A stretch of DNA of 55,076 nucleotides from an uncultured virus (IMG/VR IMGVR_UViG_3300042502_001806) (taxonomy: Duplodnaviria; Heunggongvirae; Uroviricota; Caudoviricetes): IMG/VR virus record IMGVR_UViG_3300042502_001806; one strand, given 5' to 3'. The position numbers and the translations under genes were made by a program. Numbering within the stretch: the stretch's first letter is position 1; each line of letters begins with the position of its first letter. The notes below the pieces were generated by a model. It saw only the letters and a list, made by a program, of their open reading frames with translations. It was not told the origin of the DNA and searched no databases. Below are positions 1-10,036 of this stretch, piece by piece.

Positions 1-1470
1 ACTTATTATTTTAGGAGTATTATCACAATTAACATCACTAACTAAATTAATTGTGTAGTCCTCAGTTTCTCCAAAAGCATAAGATCCACATGATGAAATT
101 GCGTTTTGTGTTTCGTTCACAATAACTCTAACTCCTGTTATACCTGGTTGTGATGTAACTGGAATTTTAATAAAACCTTTTCTGACATTGGCAGTTGGAC
201 CATAAACAACAGGTGATAAATAAATTTGTTCACTACCCTCAAATTCACCATTTCTATTAATATCTATAAAAATAGCGGCACGATTATAAGCACCGTTAGT
301 ACCACATAATGATGTTTCAACAATAAATGGAACACTAGAACCAATTTTAATATCTGTAGGTTTATCATCTCTGTAATTTGAGTATAAAGATTTTTTTGAT
401 CCTTCACCGGGTGCTAAATCACCACAGTCTCCAGCTCTAACTCCAAATATAACACTAGTACCAACACTGGATTTTTTATCTAAATTACCTAATTTGAAAT
501 GTGTTATCTCTTCATCTGTTGGTGATTGAGCCGTACTTGGACAATAACAATTATAAAAAGGATTAATTGGTATTTTTATAATATTTGTATAAGTAACAAG
601 ACTACCACAGCTAACCTTACATCTATAATATGTCTCGGTTGTTTGTGATGTAATTACTGATGAACTATTACCAATAGAAGCGGCATCATTGAAAGATAAA
701 CTATTTGATTTCTGCCAGTCATATGATATACCGCCTTCAGCTATTTTATTAGTCAATGAAAGTGTGAATTGTTGGTTTGGACAAACAACATTATTCGTTG
801 AAACAGCTAAACCTGTATTAGGTAATGTTGAACACATGTTAGGAGCCGTATATGTTATTCTAATTGTTGGTTTTAGAGAACCAGATGTTGGTAGTAGCAA
901 AGCATCTTGTGGTATTAATACTGGACTTGTTACCTGAATAGCTTTACCAACAGAGGCTTTTTGATAGAAAGTTAATGGTCCAACACATGTTCCCACTTTA
1001 GCCCAATCTGTTAGTATAGATAAGCTTCCTCCTTCATAGATAAAACCAGATGAGAATGGACAAGGTATCCAATAGTTTGTTGTAGCTGGGAATTCCATTT
1101 TATCAGTTGAGAAAACTGTTTGTGAGTTTTGTAAAAATTCTGAATAATTAGCAGACGTACCCATTGTTGTTTTAGATGTATTAGAAATAATAACATTGAA
1201 TTTATTATTACCGGTAGCAGTCGCGTTATTTGCTTTTAGCCATTCCACTTTTGTAATGGTTGATCCAGATGGAATGTTTAATTCATCTTTAGTGTAAAGA
1301 TAAGCAGACTTAGAATATTTTGCGGTCTGAGCAGTAACTCTTTGATAGATAGGACCTGTTTGATAGGATGAAGCACCAGAGATTGGCCCAATTGTTACAC
1401 TTTGGGCAAGACAAGTGTTGATAGTTAGTATTGATAGTATCAATACCATAAGTTGTTTAATTTTTCTCAT
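1..1470 (-). CDS. Secreted GEVED-domain protein (probable T9SS cargo), 3' end outside window
   Basis: Not in ORF track. ATG at 1470, frame checked open to position 1. Signal peptide MRKIKQLMVLILSILTINTCLA; GEVED motif SCGSYAFGETEDYTINL near the edge. Confidence 0.8.
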   Translation of the reverse strand, partial: MRKIKQLMVLILSILTINTCLAQSVTIGPISGASSYQTGPIYQRVTAQTAKYSKSAYLYTKDELNIPSGSTITKVEWLKANNATATGNNKFNVIISNTSKTTMGTSANYSEFLQNSQTVFSTDKMEFPATTNYWIPCPFSSGFIYEGGSLSILTDWAKVGTCVGPLTFYQKASVGKAIQVTSPVLIPQDALLLPTSGSLKPTIRITYTAPNMCSTLPNTGLAVSTNNVVCPNQQFTLSLTNKIAEGGISYDWQKSNSLSFNDAASIGNSSSVITSQTTETYYRCKVSCGSLVTYTNIIKIPINPFYNCYCPSTAQSPTDEEITHFKLGNLDKKSSVGTSVIFGVRAGDCGDLAPGEGSKKSLYSNYRDDKPTDIKIGSSVPFIVETSLCGTNGAYNRAAIFIDINRNGEFEGSEQIYLSPVVYGPTANVRKGFIKIPVTSQPGITGVRVIVNETQNAISSCGSYAFGETEDYTINLVSDVNCDNTPKIIS

Positions 1471-1570
1471 AACGTTTTTATTTTTATATAATAATATAAC
1501 TAGTTCATAACCAGCTATTTACTCGTTAAAATAATGTTAATAAGCTGTAAATCAATGTATATCTATAAAT

Positions 1571-1595
1571 AAAAAAGACCCATAAGGGTCTTTTT
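1571..1595. terminator. Intrinsic terminator
   Basis: A6-GACCC-ATAA-GGGTC-T5. Confidence 0.8.
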
Positions 1596-2805
1596 ATTTT
1601 ATTTTCTTAAATACTATTGAAACTTGTTTAAGTTTAATTTCAGTTACTTTATTTCTTTCTTTCAATCCATTTTGAACAGTTGGTGATGGAAATTCACTAT
1701 TTCTATTCACTTTTAAATCAAGATTAAGTGACCAGGATTTAGTACAATTATCTAAATCAGATAATAATGTATCTAAGTCTGAACCTGTTAGAACTAATTT
1801 ATCATTAGAAGCATAACTCATACTTAACTTTTCAACATTAAGAGTTTGATAATATCTACTCCAAAGAGGTTTGTCAGTATCTTCATCATATCTACTTGAA
1901 TACTCTTTAGCAGCGTTAATTATTTCAGTTCCAAATCTACCAGCATTACCATTGTAGAATAATGGACCTTTAACTTTATACTTTATAATATAGTTGAAAT
2001 TGTATTTCTCTTCTTTCAAATAATCTTTAATTCTTTCAGCAACATCAGTTAATAAAGAATCAACGTCATTTGAGTAAAGAAGATTTTTTTCATTATTATA
2101 TGACAAATCATCTATTCCACTAACTTTAATATCCAAGCTTAAAAAGTCTTGTTCTTTACTGAAGAAAGGTTTTACATCAACTGGTAATTCATCTTCAATT
2201 TCTAAACAGATATCATCTACTAATTGTTGAACCTCTTTTACTTTTTCTAATTCATCATATCTTGCCGCGATTAGAATCATTGGAAAGTTAGCAGGGTCTT
2301 TTAATTTGGATGGATATGGTTTGCCTTTAGAATTCTTACTCATAATAAAATCATCTTCTGTATAAATATCAGAATCACTTAATCTATAACCTTTATAAGT
2401 ATCGCCTTTAGAAATTTCATCTTTAGAAATATAAATAACATCCCTACCAATTTTACCGTGTTCTCCGCCACCACTTGATTTATAATCTTTAGCTAAGTAA
2501 AGATTCCAATCTCTTAAAAACATTGCCCATTTTAAGGAGTTTGGTGGAAGTTTATCTATAGTTATTTTTTCTAATTCATGTTTCATTGTTTGTGTATCAC
2601 CAGTGTAGAATGGTGAATTTTTAAGACCTTTAGTAGCTCTTTTTAACTCACTCCATTTAAGATTCAACATTGGATAGATACCAAGAAGTTTTTTACCAAG
2701 AAATCCTAAAATAGCTTGAGGTATAAACATAAGAGATCTTTTCTCAGAAGGACTTAGTTCTTCGTTTACTTTATTAAAGTTGTTATATGATTGTAAGTGT
2801 TTCAT
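1594..2805 (-). CDS. Hypothetical protein with N-terminal tag
   Basis: 403 aa; starts MKHLQSYNNFNKVNEE. Confidence 0.8.
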   Translation of the reverse strand: MKHLQSYNNFNKVNEELSPSEKRSLMFIPQAILGFLGKKLLGIYPMLNLKWSELKRATKGLKNSPFYTGDTQTMKHELEKITIDKLPPNSLKWAMFLRDWNLYLAKDYKSSGGGEHGKIGRDVIYISKDEISKGDTYKGYRLSDSDIYTEDDFIMSKNSKGKPYPSKLKDPANFPMILIAARYDELEKVKEVQQLVDDICLEIEDELPVDVKPFFSKEQDFLSLDIKVSGIDDLSYNNEKNLLYSNDVDSLLTDVAERIKDYLKEEKYNFNYIIKYKVKGPLFYNGNAGRFGTEIINAAKEYSSRYDEDTDKPLWSRYYQTLNVEKLSMSYASNDKLVLTGSDLDTLLSDLDNCTKSWSLNLDLKVNRNSEFPSPTVQNGLKERNKVTEIKLKQVSIVFKKIK

Positions 2806-2809
2806 TATA

Positions 2810-3256
2810 TTAATCTATTTTTCTAAAAGCAAATGTTACAGAGTCTATCCACCAATTAGATTCAAACGGTAAATACTCTACTGATTTATAATATCTATAA
2901 TCAGGTATTTTTACAACATAAATATACTCTAATTCTAAGCCTAGTTCACCTTTTGCGTAAGATTCAGCAAATAGTAAATTTTCTTTTATTTCATCTATGG
3001 TAAACCTTTTATGAGTTGGTTGTCCCGCCTCATCAATAATTCTTTTATCAACTTTAACATCAATCGTTTTAATAGTTTGATTTTTAGTTTGTAAATCCCA
3101 AGAACCAAAAGAATTTAATTCAGAAAAATCCATTTTTTGAGTAGTAGATTCTTTTACACTAACATTGAATCCATCGTGTTTAAGTTCTAAAAATAAATCT
3201 CTAAACCAAGAAAAATCTCCAGATTCAAATATCTTATATGTTTTTAAATACTTCAT
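2810..3256 (-). CDS. Hypothetical protein with N-terminal tag
   Basis: MKYLKTYKIFES; AAATATATA 4 nt upstream. Confidence 0.8.
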   Translation of the reverse strand: MKYLKTYKIFESGDFSWFRDLFLELKHDGFNVSVKESTTQKMDFSELNSFGSWDLQTKNQTIKTIDVKVDKRIIDEAGQPTHKRFTIDEIKENLLFAESYAKGELGLELEYIYVVKIPDYRYYKSVEYLPFESNWWIDSVTFAFRKID

Positions 3257-3268
3257 ATCTTATATATT

Positions 3269-3670
3269 TTAACTTTGAAAACTGAATTCTACACTATAAG
3301 CGATATAAGGTCCTTCCCTTTCACTATCGTGATCTTCACCGACTTGAACATTTTGTAAATAGAATCCTAAGTCATTAAATCTACCAACAGCCACATTCAT
3401 TTCATCTAAGAAACTTACTAACTCACTATAATTTTTAGATTCATTGAAATCAATTCTAAACTTAAATGCTTTGTTTTTTTGATTAGCATATCTTTGAAGT
3501 CTAAAATTAGATATTGATGTTTTGTCTATATCTGTTGGATAAAAAGCATGACCAGTTGCTGAGAAAATAGTAACATCATATCCTTCATCAATGTAATCTT
3601 GTAGAATATAGATTATATCAATAAGACCAAATTCTTGAGCAGACTCGTTATATGTTTTTAAATACTTCAT
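3269..3670 (-). CDS. Hypothetical protein with N-terminal tag
   Basis: MKYLKTYNES. Confidence 0.8.
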   Translation of the reverse strand: MKYLKTYNESAQEFGLIDIIYILQDYIDEGYDVTIFSATGHAFYPTDIDKTSISNFRLQRYANQKNKAFKFRIDFNESKNYSELVSFLDEMNVAVGRFNDLGFYLQNVQVGEDHDSEREGPYIAYSVEFSFQS

Positions 3671-4260
3671 TAAATCTCATTAAATCTTTTTATCTTGAAT
3701 ATTGAACTTATATTATTAAGTTTCATTTTAATTTGATTAACAAGTAAACCTTGAATACGGTTGAATCTTCTATTCTTTTCTAATTCGTCCATAATTTGAA
3801 CAGTTTCTTGAAAGTATTTATTTCTAAATCTTTCAGAGGCTGTAAAAGCATCAGATATATTTTGTAATCTATCACATAGTTTAATGAATAAGGCTTCATT
3901 AGACATATGAATCATTTTAACAATAAGATAATCGGCTTTGCTATCATAATCATCTTCAATCTCTTCTTTAGAGGAAGTTAGTTCTTGTACGATATCAGCA
4001 ATCTTTTTACCAAACTTACCTTCAATAATATGATAACCTACATCTGGATCCTCAAAACAATCTTCAATTGTATCATGAAGTAAAGCAGCACAAAGGATAT
4101 CTTCATCAGTTGTGTATTGCTTAGCAATTCCATTAACCTTCTGAACGTGTGCCATAAAGTAAGGTTTATTAATAAACTTTCTAACTTGGTCTTTGTGTAA
4201 TTCTTTTGCGAAGTCCCAAGCCTCTTTTTCTTTTGGAGTTAATGGTCTATTTCTTATCAT
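3670..4260 (-). CDS. HD-domain (p)ppGpp hydrolase-like protein (Mesh1/small alarmone hydrolase)
   Basis: AKELHKDQVRK..PYFMAH, AALLHDTIED, IKLCDRLQN match the RelA/SpoT hydrolase domain. Confidence 0.85.
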   Translation of the reverse strand: MIRNRPLTPKEKEAWDFAKELHKDQVRKFINKPYFMAHVQKVNGIAKQYTTDEDILCAALLHDTIEDCFEDPDVGYHIIEGKFGKKIADIVQELTSSKEEIEDDYDSKADYLIVKMIHMSNEALFIKLCDRLQNISDAFTASERFRNKYFQETVQIMDELEKNRRFNRIQGLLVNQIKMKLNNISSIFKIKRFNEI

Positions 4261-4313
4261 ATTTGTATATATTAAATTATTTCCTTAAATTTGTGTTCTT
4301 AAAAACTAAAACT

Positions 4314-4733
4314 ATGATTGACGAAGCTAAAATTAAGAAAGTACAAGATAGAATAAAAGCGGCAATTCTCAAAATTGAAGCAGAAGAAAATGTAAAGATT
4401 GATTTTGGAACTATTAGTTATAATAAAGCTTTTTACACTTCTAAAATGAGTGTTAAGACTTTAGAAAAGACTGAAGCCATTGGTGATGTTTATAAAGCAA
4501 TCTGTCGAAGACTTGGTTTTACCCAAAACATTATAGGTATGAGATTTCATGGCACTAACGGTATCTATGAAATCGTAGATATAAAAACAAAAAACAGAAC
4601 TTATCCAATTATTGCTAAGTCATTAACTGGTGCTAAAATGTACAAGTATTCAGTTAACCAAATAAAATCTTTGATTGGTGGTGATAAGATTATTAATCGA
4701 AATGCCAACTTAGATAAACTTATTGGTGACTGA
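4314..4733 (+). CDS. Hypothetical protein with C-terminal tag
   Basis: Start moved to ATG 4314 (MIDEAK), downstream of TAAATTTG at 4286; ends RNANLDKLIGD. Confidence 0.75.
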   Translation: MIDEAKIKKVQDRIKAAILKIEAEENVKIDFGTISYNKAFYTSKMSVKTLEKTEAIGDVYKAICRRLGFTQNIIGMRFHGTNGIYEIVDIKTKNRTYPIIAKSLTGAKMYKYSVNQIKSLIGGDKIINRNANLDKLIGD

Positions 4734-4736
4734 TTT

Positions 4737-4745
4737 TAATATATA
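4737..4745 (+). promoter_or_regulatory. Putative late promoter TAATATATA (example of ~15 copies)
   Basis: 5 nt upstream of the RNA ligase ATG; recurs at similar spacing before many genes. Confidence 0.65.
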
Positions 4746-4750
4746 AATCA

Positions 4751-6088
4751 ATGAAATTATTTAGATATACAGAATTTATAAAGGAAAGCCTTTCTCAAAA
4801 TACTATTCCAACATATGAACAAGCATTAGAACTTTGTTCTGTTGAGGAAGCGCCATTTTATGAATCTAAGATGGTTGTGGATGGATTTAATGTATCTGTA
4901 TTCAACTATCGTCTTGCTCAATACAAAGACTTTGCTTATCCAATTCCAGATAAGCCAGATTTAAAAGGTTATGAAATGAGAGGTTTAACTTTTATTTTTA
5001 ATGAAGATGGATCACTATTCAATAGATATGTGCTACTTGAAAAGTTTTTTAACTTAAACCAAGTACCAGAATCTTTATACTCAGTTGTTAAGAACTATAA
5101 AATCAAATTTGTGAATAACAAAGAAGATGGTTCTATTGCTTCTTTTGTTAAGTTACCAAACGGTAAGATTGTTGGTAAATCTAAAATGGGATTTGATAAC
5201 GACCAAGCTGATGGTATTAACAGAGTTTATAAAACTAACAAAGAAGTTAAATCTTTAGTTGATTGGGCTTTGAATAATAATATCGTGCCAATTTTTGAAT
5301 ATGTGGCACCAAACAATCGTATTGTTTTAAGATATCCAAGCGAAGAATTAATCTTATTAAGATTAAGAGATAATGTTACTGGTAAACACATTGATATTAG
5401 AGACCACTTAGATAAAGTAGGTTCTATTAGAGTTGCGCCATTTGAAGATGATGTAAGAGACTTAGATCACTTAGTTGAGCTAACTGCTACTCAAGTAGAT
5501 AAAGAAGGCTCTATTGTTACTTGTGAAGATGAACACGGTAGAGATTTCTTCTTTAAGTTGAAGACTCCTTGGTATTGTGAACGTCACGGTTTACTTACTC
5601 AAGACTTATATAGAGAACATATTATTATTGGTTATATCTTAGATGATAAGATAGATGATATCTTAGGTCAGATACCAGAAGATGAAAAAGAAGCACATAT
5701 TAGAATTAATAAAATAATTACTATTGTCAAAAAATCAATTTCTGATAAAGTGTCAGAAATTGAAAGAGTTTACGAACAATTTGTCAAATCTGGAATTTCT
5801 AAAAAAGATTATGCCATAAATCAAAGAAAAGGTAATCCTAACTTTGGTTTTGTAATGAATATGGTTAAAGCCGATGATTTGAAAAAGATGTCTAAAGAAG
5901 AAATTCTTGATATCTATGATAATATGGAAGACTATGAAAAAGCATTACAAAGATGTGAGCCATATGAAATGGCTAAAGGTTGGTTAAGAGATTTAACTAA
6001 GAGATTGAATTTATCAAGAGAATGGTTACAAGCAAAAGATAAAACTTTATTTTTTCAAGATCCAGAAGAAAGTGAAGATGATAATTAA
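4751..6088 (+). CDS. T4 Rnl1-family RNA ligase
   Basis: EKFFNLN, motif I KEDGS, IFEY, KEGSIV, FFKLK; N-terminal tag MKLFRYTEFIKES. Confidence 0.85.
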   Translation: MKLFRYTEFIKESLSQNTIPTYEQALELCSVEEAPFYESKMVVDGFNVSVFNYRLAQYKDFAYPIPDKPDLKGYEMRGLTFIFNEDGSLFNRYVLLEKFFNLNQVPESLYSVVKNYKIKFVNNKEDGSIASFVKLPNGKIVGKSKMGFDNDQADGINRVYKTNKEVKSLVDWALNNNIVPIFEYVAPNNRIVLRYPSEELILLRLRDNVTGKHIDIRDHLDKVGSIRVAPFEDDVRDLDHLVELTATQVDKEGSIVTCEDEHGRDFFFKLKTPWYCERHGLLTQDLYREHIIIGYILDDKIDDILGQIPEDEKEAHIRINKIITIVKKSISDKVSEIERVYEQFVKSGISKKDYAINQRKGNPNFGFVMNMVKADDLKKMSKEEILDIYDNMEDYEKALQRCEPYEMAKGWLRDLTKRLNLSREWLQAKDKTLFFQDPEESEDDN

Positions 6089-6357
6089 CTTACAACACCT
6101 CCAATATTCATCAATATTGGTGCTGAATTTCTCATGTCGCCTTTAGATATAAATGTTTTGATATTATCAATATTTATTGATGAATTCATTTCATCTGGAT
6201 ATTCAGTAAAGTAATCTACTAAAAATTTTATATTTTCCTCTTCACTCATATCATCATTCCAAATGTTTTTTAAATTAGTCTTATTGATTTCAATAAAATC
6301 TAAAACCTTCTTGTTTAATACTGGATTCCATTCAGACCATTCTTTTATAAATTTCAT
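6085..6357 (-). CDS. Hypothetical protein, tag-like N-terminus
   Basis: MKFIKEWSEWN; TAATATATA 4 nt upstream. Confidence 0.75.
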   Translation of the reverse strand: MKFIKEWSEWNPVLNKKVLDFIEINKTNLKNIWNDDMSEEENIKFLVDYFTEYPDEMNSSINIDNIKTFISKGDMRNSAPILMNIGGVVS

Positions 6358-6369
6358 TAATTATATATT

Positions 6370-6395
6370 AAACTTTTACTACATCAAAAAATATA
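6370..6395 (+). promoter_or_regulatory. Putative AAAC-N18-TATA promoter upstream of dnaK
   Basis: AAAC 6370-6373, TATA 6392-6395; same spacing at four other genes. Confidence 0.55.
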
Positions 6396-6417
6396 AACTT
6401 AGTGCTGAATGAAAAAA

Positions 6418-6457
6418 TGACAAATTGTCAGTAAATAAACTTTGGCACTTAGATTGA
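6418..6457 (+). promoter_or_regulatory. Palindrome plus sigma54-like -24/-12 element
   Basis: TGACA-AAT-TGTCA (6418-6430); TGGCAC-N5-TTGA (6443-6457). Confidence 0.55.
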
Positions 6458-6489
6458 TATAATATTAATAAAAAAAAGAATAAATAAAT

Positions 6490-8376
6490 ATGGCAAAAGA
6501 CGTAATTATTGGAATTGACTTAGGAACTACAAACTCATGTGTTGCTGTAGTTGAAGGTGGTGAACCAATTGTAATCACCAACTCTGAAGGAAAAAGAACA
6601 ACTCCTTCAGTTGTCGGATTTACCGACAACGATAGAAAAATTGGAGACCCTGCTAAACGTCAGGCAGTTACCAATCCAAAAAACACTGTTTACTCTATCA
6701 AGAGATTCATCGGTAAAGACTTTTCAGCTTGTACTGATGAGGTAACGAAAGTTCCTTATCAAGTAGTTAAAGCTGGTAAGAATGTACCTGGTGTTCAAAT
6801 CGGAGATAGAACTTACACACCTCAAGAAATCTCAGCTATGATTCTTCAGAAAATGAAGAAAACTGCTGAAGATTATTTAGGGTATGAAGTAAAAAGAGCT
6901 GTTATTACAGTTCCTGCTTACTTCGGAGACGCTGAAAGAACTGCGACTATTGAAGCTGGTGAAATCGCTGGTTTGAAAGTTGAGCGTATCATCAACGAAC
7001 CAACTGCTGCTGCCTTGGCTTATGGCTTAGACAAAAAGAATACAGATTCTAAAATCTTAGTATTCGACTGTGGTGGTGGTACTCATGATGTATCAGTTCT
7101 AGAAATTGGTGATGGTGTATTTGAAGTTAAATCTACTGATGGTGATACTCACTTAGGTGGCGACGACTTCGATAATGCTATTATCGACTGGATGGTTGAA
7201 GAATTCAAATCTGAACATTCAATGGATCTTTCTAAAGATCCAATGGCTCTTCAACGTTTGAAAGATGCGGCTGAAAAGGCTAAGATTGAATTGTCTTCTA
7301 CTTCTCAATCTGAAATCAACCTTCCTTATATCACTGCTCAAGATGGTATGCCTTTACACTTTGTAAAACAATTAACTAAAGCTAAATTCGATCAAATGAC
7401 TTCAAGTCTTGTTGATAGAGCTATTGCTTGTGCTAAATCTGCTTTGAAAAGTGCTGGGTTAAAACCATCTGACATTGATGAAGTTATTCTTGTTGGTGGT
7501 TCTACAAGAATTCCTTCTATTCAAGAAGCTTTAGAAAAGTTTGTTGGTAAAAAACCAAACAAATCAGTTAACCCTGATGAAGTTGTTGCCTTAGGTGCTG
7601 CTATTCAAGGTGCTGTATTGACTGGTGGTATTACAGACGTTCTTCTTCTTGATGTTACTCCACTATCACTTGGTATTGAGACAATGGGTAGTGTAATGAC
7701 TAAGTTGATTGAAGCAAATACAACAATTCCGACCCGTAAGTCAGAAACGTTTTCAACTGCTGCTGACAATCAACCATCTGTAGAAATTCACGTTCTACAA
7801 GGTGAAAGACCAATGGCTAAGGATAACCGTTCTTTAGGTAGATTCCATCTTGATGGTATCATGCCAGCACCGAGAGGTATTCCTCAAGTAGAGGTAACAT
7901 TAGACATTGATGCTAATGGTATTCTATCTGTATCTGCTAAAGATAAAGCTAGTGGTAAAGAAAACAAAATCCGAATTGAAGGTGGTTCTCAACTATCTAA
8001 AGAGGAAATTGAAAGAATGAAAGCTGAAGCTGAATTAAATGCTGAGTCTGACCGTCTTGAAAGAGAATTGGTTGATAAAGTAAATATGGCTGACAATCTT
8101 ATCTTCCAAACAGAAAAACAAATCAAAGAATTTGCTGATAAGTTAACTGAAGAAGATAAGTCCGCTTTGAACACTGATTTAGAAGAGTTGAAAAAAGCTC
8201 ATTCAACTAAAGATGCTCAAGCAATTGACATAACATCTGAAAAATTGAATAGTACTTGGTCAACAATCTCAACAAGATTGTACCAAGAATCTCAATCAGA
8301 ACCACAAGTTAATACAGATACTGACACTGGTAATGGCGGTGATGTTGAAGACACTTCTTACGAAGAAGTTAAATAA
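6490..8376 (+). CDS. dnaK: Hsp70 chaperone DnaK
   Basis: [33 protein letters not shown]; acidic EEVK C-terminus. Confidence 0.99.
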   Translation: MAKDVIIGIDLGTTNSCVAVVEGGEPIVITNSEGKRTTPSVVGFTDNDRKIGDPAKRQAVTNPKNTVYSIKRFIGKDFSACTDEVTKVPYQVVKAGKNVPGVQIGDRTYTPQEISAMILQKMKKTAEDYLGYEVKRAVITVPAYFGDAERTATIEAGEIAGLKVERIINEPTAAALAYGLDKKNTDSKILVFDCGGGTHDVSVLEIGDGVFEVKSTDGDTHLGGDDFDNAIIDWMVEEFKSEHSMDLSKDPMALQRLKDAAEKAKIELSSTSQSEINLPYITAQDGMPLHFVKQLTKAKFDQMTSSLVDRAIACAKSALKSAGLKPSDIDEVILVGGSTRIPSIQEALEKFVGKKPNKSVNPDEVVALGAAIQGAVLTGGITDVLLLDVTPLSLGIETMGSVMTKLIEANTTIPTRKSETFSTAADNQPSVEIHVLQGERPMAKDNRSLGRFHLDGIMPAPRGIPQVEVTLDIDANGILSVSAKDKASGKENKIRIEGGSQLSKEEIERMKAEAELNAESDRLERELVDKVNMADNLIFQTEKQIKEFADKLTEEDKSALNTDLEELKKAHSTKDAQAIDITSEKLNSTWSTISTRLYQESQSEPQVNTDTDTGNGGDVEDTSYEEVK

Positions 8377-8396
8377 CAGAGTCTCGTAGGAAAAAC

Positions 8397-8427
8397 AAAA
8401 AACCCAGTCATTTGACTGGGTTTTTTT
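8397..8427. terminator. Bidirectional intrinsic terminator
   Basis: A6-CCCAGTC-ATTT-GACTGGG-T7 between convergent genes. Confidence 0.9.
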
Positions 8428-8432
8428 ATTTA

Positions 8433-9689
8433 TTAATTTGCCATATCATATGAATCTTCATATGATCCACCAGTATCTCTTAATAATCTATCAGAATCAT
8501 CCCAATAAACATTACAAGCTGTTCCCGTATCACTATTTATATAACATATAGTATCGCAGTAAGGATATTCACTAAAATCCGCATCATCTAACTTAACTTC
8601 AATTGTACCTTTTCTAACTGAATTACCATCAGTAAAATTTTCATCTGGTTCCATAGATTGTCTTTTCTTATACCACCAACCATTCTTTTCAGCAAATTGT
8701 TTGAATAATTCAACATCAGCATCAAGCGTTGTATAAATTCTATCCATAAATTTAATAGGTTGTCCATCTAATTTACAATCCCAAAGAATTGCTCTACCTT
8801 TAATTCTATCGTCAGTATATTTTTCAGCCGTAATAGAACCACTATCTCCATAAAGAATAACAAGTGATACTTGAGGATTTTGTGTATAGATATCAAAATA
8901 ATCAGAACTAACTTCAGCCATACAAGAATTATTTAATGAACCACCACCATCAACATATCTATCTTCATCATTATTATCATACCAGTAAGCAATTTTATCA
9001 CCTTTAACGATATCAAATTGTTTAAGAGCATCTTTAGCAAAATCATAAGTTGCTTTATAAACATTAGTAAATTGTTCAATTTCTTGATCAGCAAAAGGTA
9101 TTTTAGCCGCAGTAAGAATAGCTCTTACAACTCTACCTATTTTAATATTATTTCTTGATGTTGACCAAATTCTTTGATCCTCAGCTTCTTTAGGTTCCAT
9201 AGCGGCTTTATTAATAACACCAATTCTCTCACCTTCAAGTTCTTTAAACATAACATATATTTTACCAGATGTTGTACTAACAGTTTCTGCTAATATTAAA
9301 CCTATCTCTCCGGCATTTGGTGACCAACAATTGTATTTTTCTTTATCATAACCAAGAGCTTCAAATATTTTATTATTTCTATCACTTGTAGTTAAGTATT
9401 TACCAGACTCAGTAATTACCCAAGTTTCTGGTTTATCTTTAGTTAATTCTTGAACTTTTCTATCTGGTGTGAAACTAACAGCATCTTTTTGGTCAGTTAT
9501 ATCAATATAGTTTTGAGTAACACCATCAACATCTTTAGAATAAAGACTTAATAATTGTGTAGCTAATTTGTTAGCTTTCATTTTATTTAACAAGTTAATG
9601 AACTTTTTTGAATAAATAACTTTAGATTCAAGTAGAAGTTCATAAACTGCTTTTTCTGAAATATAATCTCCGTATTTAAGAATTGCCAT
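8433..9689 (-). CDS. Phage hypothetical protein (SCM/GRAILW/MDRIY motifs)
   Basis: 418 aa; tag-like MAILKYGDYISE; TAATATATA at 9713-9721. Confidence 0.75.
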   Translation of the reverse strand: MAILKYGDYISEKAVYELLLESKVIYSKKFINLLNKMKANKLATQLLSLYSKDVDGVTQNYIDITDQKDAVSFTPDRKVQELTKDKPETWVITESGKYLTTSDRNNKIFEALGYDKEKYNCWSPNAGEIGLILAETVSTTSGKIYVMFKELEGERIGVINKAAMEPKEAEDQRIWSTSRNNIKIGRVVRAILTAAKIPFADQEIEQFTNVYKATYDFAKDALKQFDIVKGDKIAYWYDNNDEDRYVDGGGSLNNSCMAEVSSDYFDIYTQNPQVSLVILYGDSGSITAEKYTDDRIKGRAILWDCKLDGQPIKFMDRIYTTLDADVELFKQFAEKNGWWYKKRQSMEPDENFTDGNSVRKGTIEVKLDDADFSEYPYCDTICYINSDTGTACNVYWDDSDRLLRDTGGSYEDSYDMAN

Positions 9690-9799
9690 TTGTAAAAATA
9701 TTTTTATTAGGATATATATTAATTTCTAAAATTCCAATATTCATCTTTTATTTTATTTAAAATATTAAATATATACTTTATAAAAAAACAGCCAAAAAA

Positions 9800-10036
9800 A
9801 TGAAAGACAAAGTAGCAAATTTGATTAAAACTTTAGGTTTGGGCCTAAACGAGCTTGTATTTGATTTCGAAATTGATGGAGTCAAATTTAATTCCATTGA
9901 ATGGTTACCTGAAGAAGATAAGGTATTGCTTCACATATTTGAAGATGAAGAAATAGATTATCACTGTGATTTTGAGGGAATAGATATAGACAAACAAATA
10001 AAAGTCTATAAAATAATATCTGCCTTTATAAATTAA
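9800..10036 (+). CDS. Small acidic hypothetical protein
   Basis: 78 aa ORF after an AT-rich leader. Confidence 0.7.
   Translation: MKDKVANLIKTLGLGLNELVFDFEIDGVKFNSIEWLPEEDKVLLHIFEDEEIDYHCDFEGIDIDKQIKVYKIISAFIN

Noticed and set aside
689..1196. ORFs 689-937 and 1011-1196
   Set aside because: Shadows of the long minus-strand ORF 1470-1.
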